DNA of 36,206 nucleotides from a virus (taxonomy: Duplodnaviria; Caudoviricetes): IMG/VR virus record IMGVR_UViG_3300020043_002528, positions 1 to 36,206 of that record; one strand, written 5' to 3'. The notes under the pieces are model-generated. The model was not told the origin of the DNA, did no database searches, and saw only the letters and a list, made by a program, of their open reading frames with translations. Each line of letters begins with the position of its first letter. Within the stretch, counting starts at the first letter, position 1. Below, one piece after another: positions 7,459 through 16,144 of the stretch. The position numbers and the translations under genes were made by a program.

Positions 7459-7502
7459 ATAGAAATATTTATGTTGCGATCTGGAATTACTTTAGCTATA
7501 GT
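7459..7502 (+). promoter_or_regulatory. Sigma70-like promoter with upstream 15-bp box
   Basis: ATAGAAATATTTATG-TTGCGA-17 bp-TATAGT. Confidence 0.65.
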
Positions 7503-7542
7503 TACTTCACAGCAGCACAATATTCATTAACTAGGAGCTGAG

Positions 7543-7716
7543 ATGGAAAAGTTACTTAAAACTCTGGAAAAAAAGTTAAAAACCCTTGAGTCAAGAATTG
7601 CTACATTAGAAGCAAAAGCAAAGTCTGGAACTGATTTTGGTGCTATCGGTCAAATGAATTTTCTAGCAAGGGAATATCGTCGCAATATTCAATCAATAAA
7701 GCAGCGAATCGTATAA
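7543..7716 (+). CDS. 57-aa coiled-coil protein in a moron-like unit (not in ORF track)
   Basis: AACTAGGAG RBS; MEKLLKTLEKKLKTLESRIATLEAKAKSG...; own promoter and downstream hairpin. Confidence 0.75.
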   Translation: MEKLLKTLEKKLKTLESRIATLEAKAKSGTDFGAIGQMNFLAREYRRNIQSIKQRIV

Positions 7717-7722
7717 ATAAAT

Positions 7723-7740
7723 ACCGGGGGAAACCCCGGT
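7723..7740. terminator. GC-rich hairpin, possible terminator
   Basis: ACCGGGG-GAAA-CCCCGGT; U-tract poor on plus strand, A-rich upstream. Confidence 0.5.
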
Positions 7741-7747
7741 TCCTACT

Positions 7748-8077
7748 ATGAACTCAATCGATCCTCACGAAGCAATTAACTACATGATTAAGAACGCTAA
7801 AGCCTATGCCCAAGCTAAGGCTGAGGTGACTTACTTAGAGGAGTTTCGTAAAAGCAAGAAAGCTATGTTATTCAGTTCGGCTATCGGGAATACGGTAGCG
7901 GATCGTGAGAATCAGGCTTATAGCCATCCAGATTACTTAGCGGTGCTAGATGGGCTTAAGGCGGCTGTAGAGAAGGCTGAAGGGCTTAGATGGATGCTGG
8001 TAGCAGCACAGGCAAGGATAGATGTCTGGAGGTCGCAGGAGGCTTCTAATCGTGGTTTAGACCGGATTACTCAATAG
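7748..8077 (+). CDS. Hypothetical helical phage protein
   Basis: 109-aa ORF ending RIDVWRSQEASNR... Confidence 0.75.
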   Translation: MNSIDPHEAINYMIKNAKAYAQAKAEVTYLEEFRKSKKAMLFSSAIGNTVADRENQAYSHPDYLAVLDGLKAAVEKAEGLRWMLVAAQARIDVWRSQEASNRGLDRITQ

Positions 8078-8085
8078 GTGATGAT

Positions 8086-8295
8086 ATGAACGAGATAGAT
8101 GATTCCAACTTAGCACAATGCTGTTCCTGTGGGTTTGTAGACTATTGGGATGAGATTCCAAAGGGCAGATGTGTATTCTCAGAGGACTATTTGACAGAAT
8201 GTCCTGAATGTGGGGATGTAGACGGATTTGCCGATTACGATCCAGAAAGAGCCAAGCGAATAAATGAAAAAAAGCGAAGCCAAATACCTAGCTAA
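8086..8295 (+). CDS. Small zinc-ribbon protein
   Basis: CCSC...CPECG. Confidence 0.65.
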   Translation: MNEIDDSNLAQCCSCGFVDYWDEIPKGRCVFSEDYLTECPECGDVDGFADYDPERAKRINEKKRSQIPS

Positions 8296-8557
8296 AGTGG
8301 CTGACATAGGCTGCATTATCTGTTATAAAAATGGTTATCCCGGCACTCCGGCAGAAATTCATCATACTCGAGGATTAGGGCTTGGGATGGGAGTTCGGAA
8401 CTCTCACGACAATGTTTTGCCGTTATGTCCTGAGCATCATAGGGGAAATACTGGCTATCATGGGCTTGGTCGTAAGGCTTTCGAGCGTAAATATGGTGTA
8501 ACTGAGGCAGAACTTCAGGACGAACTAGCGGAGTTGCTAAATGAAAAAGATGACTAA
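8264..8557 (+). CDS. Ref-like HNH nuclease (recombination enhancement family)
   Basis: GCIIC...AEIHH...LPLCPEHHRG..GYHGLGRKAFE. Confidence 0.75.
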   Translation: MKKSEAKYLAKVADIGCIICYKNGYPGTPAEIHHTRGLGLGMGVRNSHDNVLPLCPEHHRGNTGYHGLGRKAFERKYGVTEAELQDELAELLNEKDD

Positions 8558-8705
8558 GATGCAAAAGAAAATTGGTAAAGTCATGGGGGAGTTCAAGGAA
8601 GGAACTTTACATTCTGGCAAGGGTGGTCCAGTAGTTAAAAACCCGAAACAGGCTATTGCCATTGCTTTGAGCGAGGCAAAGATGGCTAAAAAGGGTAAAA
8701 AATGA
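8541..8705 (+). CDS. 54-aa basic protein (DUF6496-like; not in ORF track)
   Basis: KIGKVMGEFKEGTLHSGKGGPVVKNPKQAIAIALSEA. Confidence 0.8.
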   Translation: MKKMTKMQKKIGKVMGEFKEGTLHSGKGGPVVKNPKQAIAIALSEAKMAKKGKK

Positions 8706-8851
8706 AGCCCGGACTCTATGCAAATATCCATGCCAAGCGTAAGCGGATAGAAGCTGGCAGCAAGGAGAAGATGCGTAAGCCGGGATCAAAAGGTGCGCCA
8801 ACGGCTAAAGCCTTCAAACAGGCTGCTAAAACCGCTAAGGTCAAGAAATGA
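8702..8851 (+). CDS. 49-aa highly basic protein (not in ORF track)
   Basis: MKPGLYANIHAKRKRIEAGSKEKMRKPGSKGAPTAKAFKQAAKTAKVKK; ATGA overlaps on both sides. Confidence 0.8.
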   Translation: MKPGLYANIHAKRKRIEAGSKEKMRKPGSKGAPTAKAFKQAAKTAKVKK

Positions 8852-9330
8852 AGAATTGCCCTAAAGCCACCTACGATATTCAATACAATCTGAAAAAACG
8901 CGATTGGGCTTTCAAGAACGTAGGCTATGGTCCTGCGAATCCTGAAGAACCAAAGGATTTTTGGGATAAACGAGCCGAGGAGTGGAATACGACTCCTGAA
9001 AATGCTCAAACGATGCGTTGTGGCAACTGTTCTGCTTTTATCCAGACTCCTGAAATGATGGAGTGCATCATTAAGGGTATTCAGGGTGAGGAATCTGACG
9101 CTGAGACTTACGCTAACGAGGTCGTAGATTCGGCTGATCTGGGTTATTGTGAGCTTTTCGAGTTCAAGTGTGCAGCAGATAGGACTTGTTCGGCTTGGCT
9201 AGTTGGTGGTCCTGTAACGGAAAAGATGTCAAACCGTGAAAAGACCATGCTAAAGATGGCTAAGATGGAAGCTGAGAACGAATACGGAGAAATGGAAGAT
9301 GAAGAAAACTCCGGCATGGACGAGGACTGA
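8848..9330 (+). CDS. Cys-rich protein with HiPIP-like cysteine spacing
   Basis: RCGNCSAF...GYCELFEFKCAADRTCSAW. Confidence 0.6.
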   Translation: MKNCPKATYDIQYNLKKRDWAFKNVGYGPANPEEPKDFWDKRAEEWNTTPENAQTMRCGNCSAFIQTPEMMECIIKGIQGEESDAETYANEVVDSADLGYCELFEFKCAADRTCSAWLVGGPVTEKMSNREKTMLKMAKMEAENEYGEMEDEENSGMDED

Positions 9331-9601
9331 GGGTAAGAATCCTAAAGGCGGCTTAAACGCTAAGGGTAGAGCCTCCTACGAAGCTGCTAACCCCGGTTCT
9401 GACCTAAAGGCTCCTGTAAAGTCAGGAGATAACCCTAGACGCGCTAGTTTCCTAGCCCGTATGGGCAATATGCCGGGAGCAGAGCGCAAACCTAACGGTG
9501 AGCCTACTCGGTTACTCCTAAGCCTAAAGGCATGGGGAGCTAGTTCTAAGGCTGATGCCAGAGCTAAAGCTAAAGCCATTTCCGCACGAAATAAAAAGTG
9601 A
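9299..9601 (+). CDS. Basic protein (DUF6321-like)
   Basis: AWTRTEGKNPKGGLNAKGRAS...RRASFLARMG. Confidence 0.75.
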   Translation: MKKTPAWTRTEGKNPKGGLNAKGRASYEAANPGSDLKAPVKSGDNPRRASFLARMGNMPGAERKPNGEPTRLLLSLKAWGASSKADARAKAKAISARNKK

Positions 9602-10116
9602 GCCATCAGAGCCAGCTAGACTTTGTAGCGATGGTTAAGCGTCGCTTTCCGCAATTCTTTTCCGGCAAGAAAGTCTTAGAGATAGGTAGTCTGGACATTA
9701 ACGGTTCAGTCCGTCAGTTCTTTGAGGATTGTGAGTATCTCGGCGTTGACTTAGGGGAAGGTAAGGGCGTTGATCTGGTTGCTAAGGGAGAGGAACTAGA
9801 CTTCCCTGACAAGAGTTTCAACGTAGCAATATCCTGTGAGTGTTTCGAGCATAATCCTCAATGGGTAAAGACGTTCGAGAACATGGTTCGGATGGCTTCA
9901 GGCATCGTCATCATGACCTGTGCTACGACTGGCAGACATGAGCATGGAACGAGGCGCACAAGTCCAGAGGATGCGCCATTTTGCGGTGATTACTACAGAA
10001 ACCTAACGGAGCAGGATTTCTTGCAAAACTGCGATATGGACAAGTTCCTACATTACGAGTTTAGTAGTAACTCTAGTCCAGCAGACCTTTACTTTTGGGG
10101 CTTATGCAAGCCATAG
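9598..10116 (+). CDS. Class I SAM-dependent methyltransferase (small-molecule/glycan type)
   Basis: VLEIGSLD motif I, GVD, ISCECFEH; no DNA-MTase catalytic motif. Confidence 0.8.
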   Translation: MSHQSQLDFVAMVKRRFPQFFSGKKVLEIGSLDINGSVRQFFEDCEYLGVDLGEGKGVDLVAKGEELDFPDKSFNVAISCECFEHNPQWVKTFENMVRMASGIVIMTCATTGRHEHGTRRTSPEDAPFCGDYYRNLTEQDFLQNCDMDKFLHYEFSSNSSPADLYFWGLCKP

Positions 10117-10805
10117 TTATCTGTACGGTGAGTAATCCCGGCATTAGCGTATTGCTAGAAAGCATCAAGGTATATGCACCATCATTACCCGTTTACATTT
10201 ATAGCGTTGACATTGCCAGAGGAGAGAGATTCCGACGAATCTTGCCCAATGTTATCGTCAGACCCAATACTGGTAGAAATTTTGGAGACTCATATAATGA
10301 AGCCATCAGCGACGTTTTTGGAAGGGTCGCAGTCGATTCATTGATTGTAGCTAACGATGATGTTGTACTTAATCCAAGTACACTAGCACTATTAAGGGAA
10401 GATAAGCAGATTCTTGAGGAAAACGGGCAGAAGATAGGTTTCTTAGGTGCAAGAAGCGACTATGTGTTGCCAGATCAGAATATTAGGTTTGAAGGTGGCG
10501 GTAGAGATGGGGTGAGATGGAGTCATGAGAATTTCATCAAGGAAACTCAGGTGATAGCACCCATATTTGCCACGATAACGAGAGAAGCTTGGGATACGGC
10601 AAAGTTTCCTAGCACTAATTGGTATTCAGATAATATAATTTGCCATGACCTGCAAAAAGCGGGCTATAGGCATTTCGTAAGTAGGGCGTATGTTCATCAC
10701 GCTGGAAGTCAAACAGTAGGGATGGACTACCAGAAATGCCATGAGGAACCTAGGGCGTGGATAAAAGAAAACCGTCCTGATATGTACACAGCCATTTACG
10801 CATGA
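10104..10805 (+). CDS. GT-A (family 2-like) glycosyltransferase
   Basis: NFGDSYN, IVANDDVV, WYSDNIIC, YVHHAGSQT. Confidence 0.75.
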   Translation: MQAIVICTVSNPGISVLLESIKVYAPSLPVYIYSVDIARGERFRRILPNVIVRPNTGRNFGDSYNEAISDVFGRVAVDSLIVANDDVVLNPSTLALLREDKQILEENGQKIGFLGARSDYVLPDQNIRFEGGGRDGVRWSHENFIKETQVIAPIFATITREAWDTAKFPSTNWYSDNIICHDLQKAGYRHFVSRAYVHHAGSQTVGMDYQKCHEEPRAWIKENRPDMYTAIYA

Positions 10806-10821
10806 CACCGAGAGGTAATGC
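10800..10821 (+). promoter_or_regulatory. RBS-sequestering GNRA hairpin, copy 1
   Basis: GCAU-GAC-ACC-GAGA-GGU-A-AUGC directly before the TTG start. Confidence 0.55.
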
Positions 10822-11967
10822 TTGCAGATCAAAAAAGTTGAAGTTGAGAAACTTATTCCTTACGTTCGGAATAGCCGGACACATTCGGATGCTCAGGTAG
10901 CGCAGATAGCAGCCAGCATTAAGGAGTTTGGGTGGACTAACCCGATCCTAGTGGATGGAGAGAACGGGATCATAGCGGGGCATGGAAGGCTATTAGCGGC
11001 TAGGAAACTAGGGGCTAAGGATGTTCCTGTCATTGAGCTATCTCACCTAACGGAAAGCCAGAAAAGGGCTTATGTCATAGCGGATAACCAGTTAGCGATG
11101 AACGCTGGTTGGGATACAGCGATGCTGACGCTAGAGTTAGCAGATTTGAAAGAGTCCGAGTTTGACTTAGACCTGATTGGATTTGACGCAAAAGAGCTAG
11201 AGAAGCTGCTGGAGCCGGAACAGGTGGATGGGCTAACGGACGAGGATGCCGTACCTGATGCGCCAGAGGAGCCTAAGACTAAGCTAGGGGATATATATCA
11301 GTTAGGCAATCACCGGTTGATGTGTGGGGATAGCACTAGCATTGATGCCGTAGAGAAACTAATGGATGGTCAGAAAGCCGATATGGTGTTTACTGATCCT
11401 CCGTACAACGTGGCATTTAATGGACGTAGCGGCAAGCACGACGTAATTAAAAACGACAACTTGCCAGATATAGAATTTAGGAATTTCATTGCGGAAATAT
11501 GTAGCGTAATTAAACTTGTTGACCCAAAGGCGTATTACATTTGGTGCAACTGGAAGTTTTATGGCGTACTACAAGAGTTGCTTGAGTACAAAACCTGTAT
11601 CGTTTGGGCTAAGAATGTTTTTGGTATGGGGCAAGGCTATAGGCATCAACATGAGTTTTGCTTGTTTTACGGCAAAATTGATGAAGTTGTTAAAAATGAA
11701 AGTGATTTGTGGGAAATTAAAAAAGACACAAATTATGTCCACCCAACACAAAAGCCAGTTGCGTTGTCCGTAAGGGCATTTGGCAATCATGTAAAGTTGC
11801 TAAATGTGCTAGATTTGTTTGGTGGTAGTGGCAGCACTTTAATAGGCGCAGAACAAACGGGTCGTAAAGCATTCTTAATGGAACTAGACCCTAAATACTG
11901 TGATGTAATAGTAAAGCGGTGGGAAGATTTCACAGGCAAGAAAGCCGTATTGTTGACAGAAGCGTAA
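10822..11967 (+). CDS. ParB-N domain fused to N6A/N4C DNA methyltransferase
   Basis: IIAGHGRLLAA (ParB); FTDPPY, HPTQKPV, LDLFGGSGST (beta-class motif order). Confidence 0.9.
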   Translation: MQIKKVEVEKLIPYVRNSRTHSDAQVAQIAASIKEFGWTNPILVDGENGIIAGHGRLLAARKLGAKDVPVIELSHLTESQKRAYVIADNQLAMNAGWDTAMLTLELADLKESEFDLDLIGFDAKELEKLLEPEQVDGLTDEDAVPDAPEEPKTKLGDIYQLGNHRLMCGDSTSIDAVEKLMDGQKADMVFTDPPYNVAFNGRSGKHDVIKNDNLPDIEFRNFIAEICSVIKLVDPKAYYIWCNWKFYGVLQELLEYKTCIVWAKNVFGMGQGYRHQHEFCLFYGKIDEVVKNESDLWEIKKDTNYVHPTQKPVALSVRAFGNHVKLLNVLDLFGGSGSTLIGAEQTGRKAFLMELDPKYCDVIVKRWEDFTGKKAVLLTEA

Positions 11968-11991
11968 CAGTTCCCCTTAAGAAAACATTTT

Positions 11992-12342
11992 ATGACTTTG
12001 GAACATAAACCGAGTGATGAACAGAGGAAACTTGTTGAGACATCAGCAGGTCTAGGCTTGCCTCATGAGCAGATAGGTGCGTTAGTAGGGATAGATGACA
12101 AGACCTTACGCAAGCACTATAGGCATGAACTAGACATAGGCAAGGCTAAAGCCAGCGCACAGATAGCCAAGACGCTGTTTACTAAGGCTCAGGGCGGGGA
12201 TACGACTGCGTTGATCTGGTGGACTAAGGCTCAAATGCGTTGGGCTGAAACGCAGAGGCAAGAGGTAACAGGGGCTAACGGTGGCGCACAAGAGATGGTG
12301 GTTAAATGGGGAGGTAGGCATGAAGTACCGAAAGATGACTAA
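11992..12342 (+). CDS. terS: Terminase small subunit (putative)
   Basis: HTH (LPHEQIGALVGIDDKTLRKHY), ALIWWTK, EVTGANGG; immediately upstream of TerL. Confidence 0.75.
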   Translation: MTLEHKPSDEQRKLVETSAGLGLPHEQIGALVGIDDKTLRKHYRHELDIGKAKASAQIAKTLFTKAQGGDTTALIWWTKAQMRWAETQRQEVTGANGGAQEMVVKWGGRHEVPKDD

Positions 12343-12406
12343 TTGTCCGAGTTGCAGCGCATTTCTTGTTAGCGGCAAATGCTTGAATTGTGGGTATCGT
12401 GGCTGA
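12320..12406 (+). CDS. 28-aa zinc-finger microprotein (not in ORF track)
   Basis: GGAGG RBS; MKYRKMTNCPSCSAFLVSGKCLNCGYRG. Confidence 0.55.
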   Translation: MKYRKMTNCPSCSAFLVSGKCLNCGYRG

Positions 12407-13655
12407 AATCGTCATTGACTACGAGCCTAGAGCGCAGCAGCTAGAGATACATGATGCCATTGAGCAGCATCGTTTTACTGTGGTGGTTGCCCATCGTCGT
12501 ATGGGAAAGACTGTTAGCGCAATCAATCATCTTATCAAGTCCGCTATCGAGTGCGACAAGCCAGACCCAAGATTTGCCTACATTGCGCCTACCTACGGGC
12601 AAGCCAAACGAGTAGCGTGGGATTACCTACAGAAGTACACCAGACCACTAGGAGCTACCTACAATGTCTCTGAGTTACGTGCTGATTTTTATGGGCGTAG
12701 GGTTAGTCTATACGGGTCTGATAATCCTGACAGTCTTAGGGGTCAGTATTTTGATGGCGTGGTTATCGACGAAGTTGGCGATCAGAACCCACGTATTTGG
12801 AACGAAATCATCCGACCTGCTCTTGCCGACCGTCGTGGGTGGGCTTGTTTCATTGGCACTCCTAAAGGCAATAACCATTTCGCTGAACTAGCGGATAGAG
12901 CCAAGTCTGAGGAAGGCTGGAAGTTCCTAGAGTTCAAGGCTAGTCAGACAGGCGTTTTGCCTAACGAGGAACTTAAAGCAGCCTATCGAGAGATGGGTGA
13001 GGACAGGTATAACCAAGAGTTCGAGTGTTCCTTTAACGCAGCGGTTGAGGGGTCTTACTATGGCAAAATTATTAACGAGCTTGAAGGGAATAGCCATATT
13101 ACTGATTTTCCTCGTGATGATCTGTGCCGTAGCTTTACTGCATGGGATATTGGAATGGGTGACAGTACAGCTATATGGGTTGCTCAATTGGCTGGAAAAG
13201 AGATTAGATTACTCGATTTCGTCGAAAACCATGGACAGGGATTAGATTGGTACGTCAATTGGCTACGAGAGAACGATTACGAGGGATTCAGCCATATCCT
13301 TCCCCATGACGTACAGGTAAGGGAATTAGGCACAGGAAAGAGCCGTAAGGAAGTCTTAGAGGAAGCAGGGCTATCGATAACGGTTGCGCCTAGACTTAAT
13401 GTAGCTGATGGGATACAGGCTGTCAGGAGATTGCTGCCTCGGTGCTGGTTCCATCCGAGGGTTAAGCAGGGGTTGGATGCGCTGAGGAACTACCGTCGGG
13501 AGCATGACGAGAAGCGGCAGATATTCTATGAAAAGCCGCTACATGACTGGTCTAGCCATGCCGCTGACGCTTTTAGATACCTCGCAATAGGTCTTGACGA
13601 GCGAGATAGTTCATGGCAGACAACGTTGCCAATTTCTACAAAATGGATTGTATAA
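12399..13655 (+). CDS. terL: Terminase large subunit
   Basis: HRRMGKT Walker A, VVIDE Walker B, IGTPKG, AWDIG and SHAADAFRY nuclease motifs; start uncertain (12390 or 12399). Confidence 0.95.
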   Translation: MAEIVIDYEPRAQQLEIHDAIEQHRFTVVVAHRRMGKTVSAINHLIKSAIECDKPDPRFAYIAPTYGQAKRVAWDYLQKYTRPLGATYNVSELRADFYGRRVSLYGSDNPDSLRGQYFDGVVIDEVGDQNPRIWNEIIRPALADRRGWACFIGTPKGNNHFAELADRAKSEEGWKFLEFKASQTGVLPNEELKAAYREMGEDRYNQEFECSFNAAVEGSYYGKIINELEGNSHITDFPRDDLCRSFTAWDIGMGDSTAIWVAQLAGKEIRLLDFVENHGQGLDWYVNWLRENDYEGFSHILPHDVQVRELGTGKSRKEVLEEAGLSITVAPRLNVADGIQAVRRLLPRCWFHPRVKQGLDALRNYRREHDEKRQIFYEKPLHDWSSHAADAFRYLAIGLDERDSSWQTTLPISTKWIV

Positions 13656-13658
13656 TAG

Positions 13659-13680
13659 GCAAAACTCCGTAAGGATGTGC
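13659..13680 (+). promoter_or_regulatory. RBS-sequestering GNRA hairpin, copy 2; TATAAT at 13651-13656 may mark a promoter
   Basis: GCA-AAAC-UCC-GUAA-GGA-UG-UGC before the portal ATG. Confidence 0.5.
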
Positions 13681-13681
13681 T

Positions 13682-15790
13682 ATGAAGATGGATTCCGGTC
13701 AGATCAAAAGTATTATCGAGAATGAAATCGATAATTCCATCGGTTACATTGATACCGAGACTACAGACCAACGGGCTAAGGCTCTAGAGTATTACCTGCG
13801 TTATCCCTATGGTAACGAGATTGAAGGACGCAGCCAGATCGTTACTGGCGAGGTAGCTGAGGCTATCGATGGTGCGTTACCCCAACTTATCCGAGTCTTT
13901 ACGACTACCGAGGATATTGTCTCTTTTGAGCCACAGACTCCAGAAGATGAGCAGTCTGCTAAACAGGCTACAGACTATTGCAACTGGGTGTTCTACCGGG
14001 AAAATGACGGTCTAATCATCCTGCATAACTGGTTCAAAGACGCGCTGATGATGAAGGTCGGCGTAGTCAAGGCGTACTGGGAAGCCAAAGAGGACGTTAA
14101 TAAAGAGTCCTACAAGAACCTGACCGAAGATGAATTAGCCCTGCTACTGTCTGATCCTGCTATCGAGGTGGTCAGCCAGAACGTCGAATTTATCGATGGT
14201 GGCGTTGATCCTATGGGTATGCCGATCCAGATTCCGCTGTACTCGGTCAAGGTCAAGAAGGTCAAGAAATACGGCTGCGTCAAGATTGAGAACGTACCGC
14301 CAGAAGAATTCTTGATTAGCAAATCGGCAAGAACTATTGAGGATAGCCCGTTTGTGGCTCATCGTCGGTTGCTGACTCGCTCAGAGTTGGTAGCGATGGG
14401 GTTCGATAAGGATGTGGTCGAGGGATTGCCTTCTTACGATGATCTCCAGTACACAGTCGAGCGAGTAGCTCGATTCTCTCAGGGTGAGCAGCCGGATGAA
14501 AATATTAGCCTTGACCCTACGATGCAGGTCTGTGAGGTCTATGAGTGCTATATCAAGATTGACGTTAATGGCGACGGTATCGCTGAACTGCGTAAGATCG
14601 TTTATGCAGGTAGCGAAATCCTAGATGACGAGGAATGTGACCTAGTTCCATTCCATAGCCTGTGTCCGATCCCGATCCCGCATAAATTTTTTGGACAGTC
14701 GCTAGCAGACCGGACGATGGACATCCAGCTAATCAAGTCCACTGTAACCCGTCAGATGCTCGACAACCTGTACCTAACGAACAATGCCCGTCTGGGTGTG
14801 GTTGATGGTCAGGTGAACTTAGATGACGCGCTAAACGCTACTCCGGGTGGGATTATCCGCATGAAGTCTCAGGGTGCGATTATGCCTGTCGAGGTTCCTG
14901 CGGTAACGGCTCAGGCTTTCCCGATGCTTGAGTACATGGATGCGGTTCAGGCTAAACGTACAGGCGTTAGCGACCAGCAGCAGGGTCTTGACCCTGACGT
15001 GCTGAATAACGTATCGGCTACGGCTATTGCCGCGATGATGAAGTCGAACTCTGGCAAGCTGGAGTTGATCGCTAGAATCTTTGCTGAGACAGGCGTGAAG
15101 TCGCTGTTTAAGGGCATTTTGCATCTATTGGGCAAGTATCAGGATCAGGCAAAGATTGTCCGTATGCGTGGCAAGTTTGTGGCATTTGATCCTCGTACAT
15201 GGACGAATCAGTACGACGTGGCGATTAACGTTGGCTTGGGTTCAGGTGACCGGGATCAGAAACTAGCCATGCTCCAGATGATTCTAGGCAAGCAGGAACA
15301 AGCCTTGATGCAGTTCGGTGCGTCTAACCCATTGGTGTCGGTGGCTCAGTACCGCGATACCTTGGCTAGACTGATTGAATCGGCTGGCTTTAAGGATGCC
15401 AAGGCATTCATTAACGAGATCAGCCCTGAGCAGAACGCACAACTGTCTCAGCCACAGGAACCGCCACCAGATATGCAAGCAGAGGCTACTCGTCTGTTGG
15501 CTCAAGTAGAGCGTGAGAAGACCGAGGCTAAGGCTCAGATTGAGGCTGCAAAGCTCCAGCTAGAGAAGCAGTCGCTTGAGGCTGAATATACTCGCAAGGG
15601 TATTGAGATTGCTATGAAAGCCGAGCAAAACGCAGCAGATATGCGGATTAAGGAAGCAGAGCTAGCGGTCAAGCAGTTGCAAGCGATTCTAGCGATGGAC
15701 TTGGCTGACGAGGATAGCCGTAACAAACAGGCTGATATTGTCCTGAAAGCGATTAAAGAGCTAGGTAACCTAACGTCAAGGCAGATGTAA
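13682..15790 (+). CDS. Portal protein (podovirus/P22-like with C-terminal helical barrel)
   Basis: 702 aa after TerL; ENVPPEEFLI, PHKFFGQS, DIQLIKST; Q/E/A coiled-coil tail. Confidence 0.9.
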   Translation: MKMDSGQIKSIIENEIDNSIGYIDTETTDQRAKALEYYLRYPYGNEIEGRSQIVTGEVAEAIDGALPQLIRVFTTTEDIVSFEPQTPEDEQSAKQATDYCNWVFYRENDGLIILHNWFKDALMMKVGVVKAYWEAKEDVNKESYKNLTEDELALLLSDPAIEVVSQNVEFIDGGVDPMGMPIQIPLYSVKVKKVKKYGCVKIENVPPEEFLISKSARTIEDSPFVAHRRLLTRSELVAMGFDKDVVEGLPSYDDLQYTVERVARFSQGEQPDENISLDPTMQVCEVYECYIKIDVNGDGIAELRKIVYAGSEILDDEECDLVPFHSLCPIPIPHKFFGQSLADRTMDIQLIKSTVTRQMLDNLYLTNNARLGVVDGQVNLDDALNATPGGIIRMKSQGAIMPVEVPAVTAQAFPMLEYMDAVQAKRTGVSDQQQGLDPDVLNNVSATAIAAMMKSNSGKLELIARIFAETGVKSLFKGILHLLGKYQDQAKIVRMRGKFVAFDPRTWTNQYDVAINVGLGSGDRDQKLAMLQMILGKQEQALMQFGASNPLVSVAQYRDTLARLIESAGFKDAKAFINEISPEQNAQLSQPQEPPPDMQAEATRLLAQVEREKTEAKAQIEAAKLQLEKQSLEAEYTRKGIEIAMKAEQNAADMRIKEAELAVKQLQAILAMDLADEDSRNKQADIVLKAIKELGNLTSRQM

Positions 15791-16144
15791 ATGGGATTGC
15801 TAGACGAAATCATCCAGCAGGGGATTAGGTCTTACGGTGCTAGATTTGCCGAAAAAATGTCTGACCCATTGGAAATGAAGGGTAAGGGATATTTCGGGAA
15901 GTTGCCAACTGGCGACGGATTTGCCACTGAGATTTCAATGACTGATGATAGCGGCAGAAGTTTCCCGGCATTGGTTCCAACCCTTACGCAAGATGAGGTT
16001 AATTCATTGTTAAGAGGGAATGACGTAACTGATGATATGTACCGCAAGGCTGAGTCATTTGCTAACTATCGTCAGTCTCAGGGGATGTCTCCATTTGCGT
16101 CACCAAATGAATTGCGTGTTCCTGTAGGATTATTGGGGTACTAA
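15791..16144 (+). CDS. Hypothetical protein with GLL motifs at both termini
   Basis: MGLLD...VGLLGY; core KGKGYFG...PALVPTL. Confidence 0.75.
   Translation: MGLLDEIIQQGIRSYGARFAEKMSDPLEMKGKGYFGKLPTGDGFATEISMTDDSGRSFPALVPTLTQDEVNSLLRGNDVTDDMYRKAESFANYRQSQGMSPFASPNELRVPVGLLGY

Noticed and set aside
10822-11967. Restriction-modification pair
   Set aside because: The methylase has no adjacent endonuclease; ParB-fused orphan methylases next to terminase genes are common in phages.
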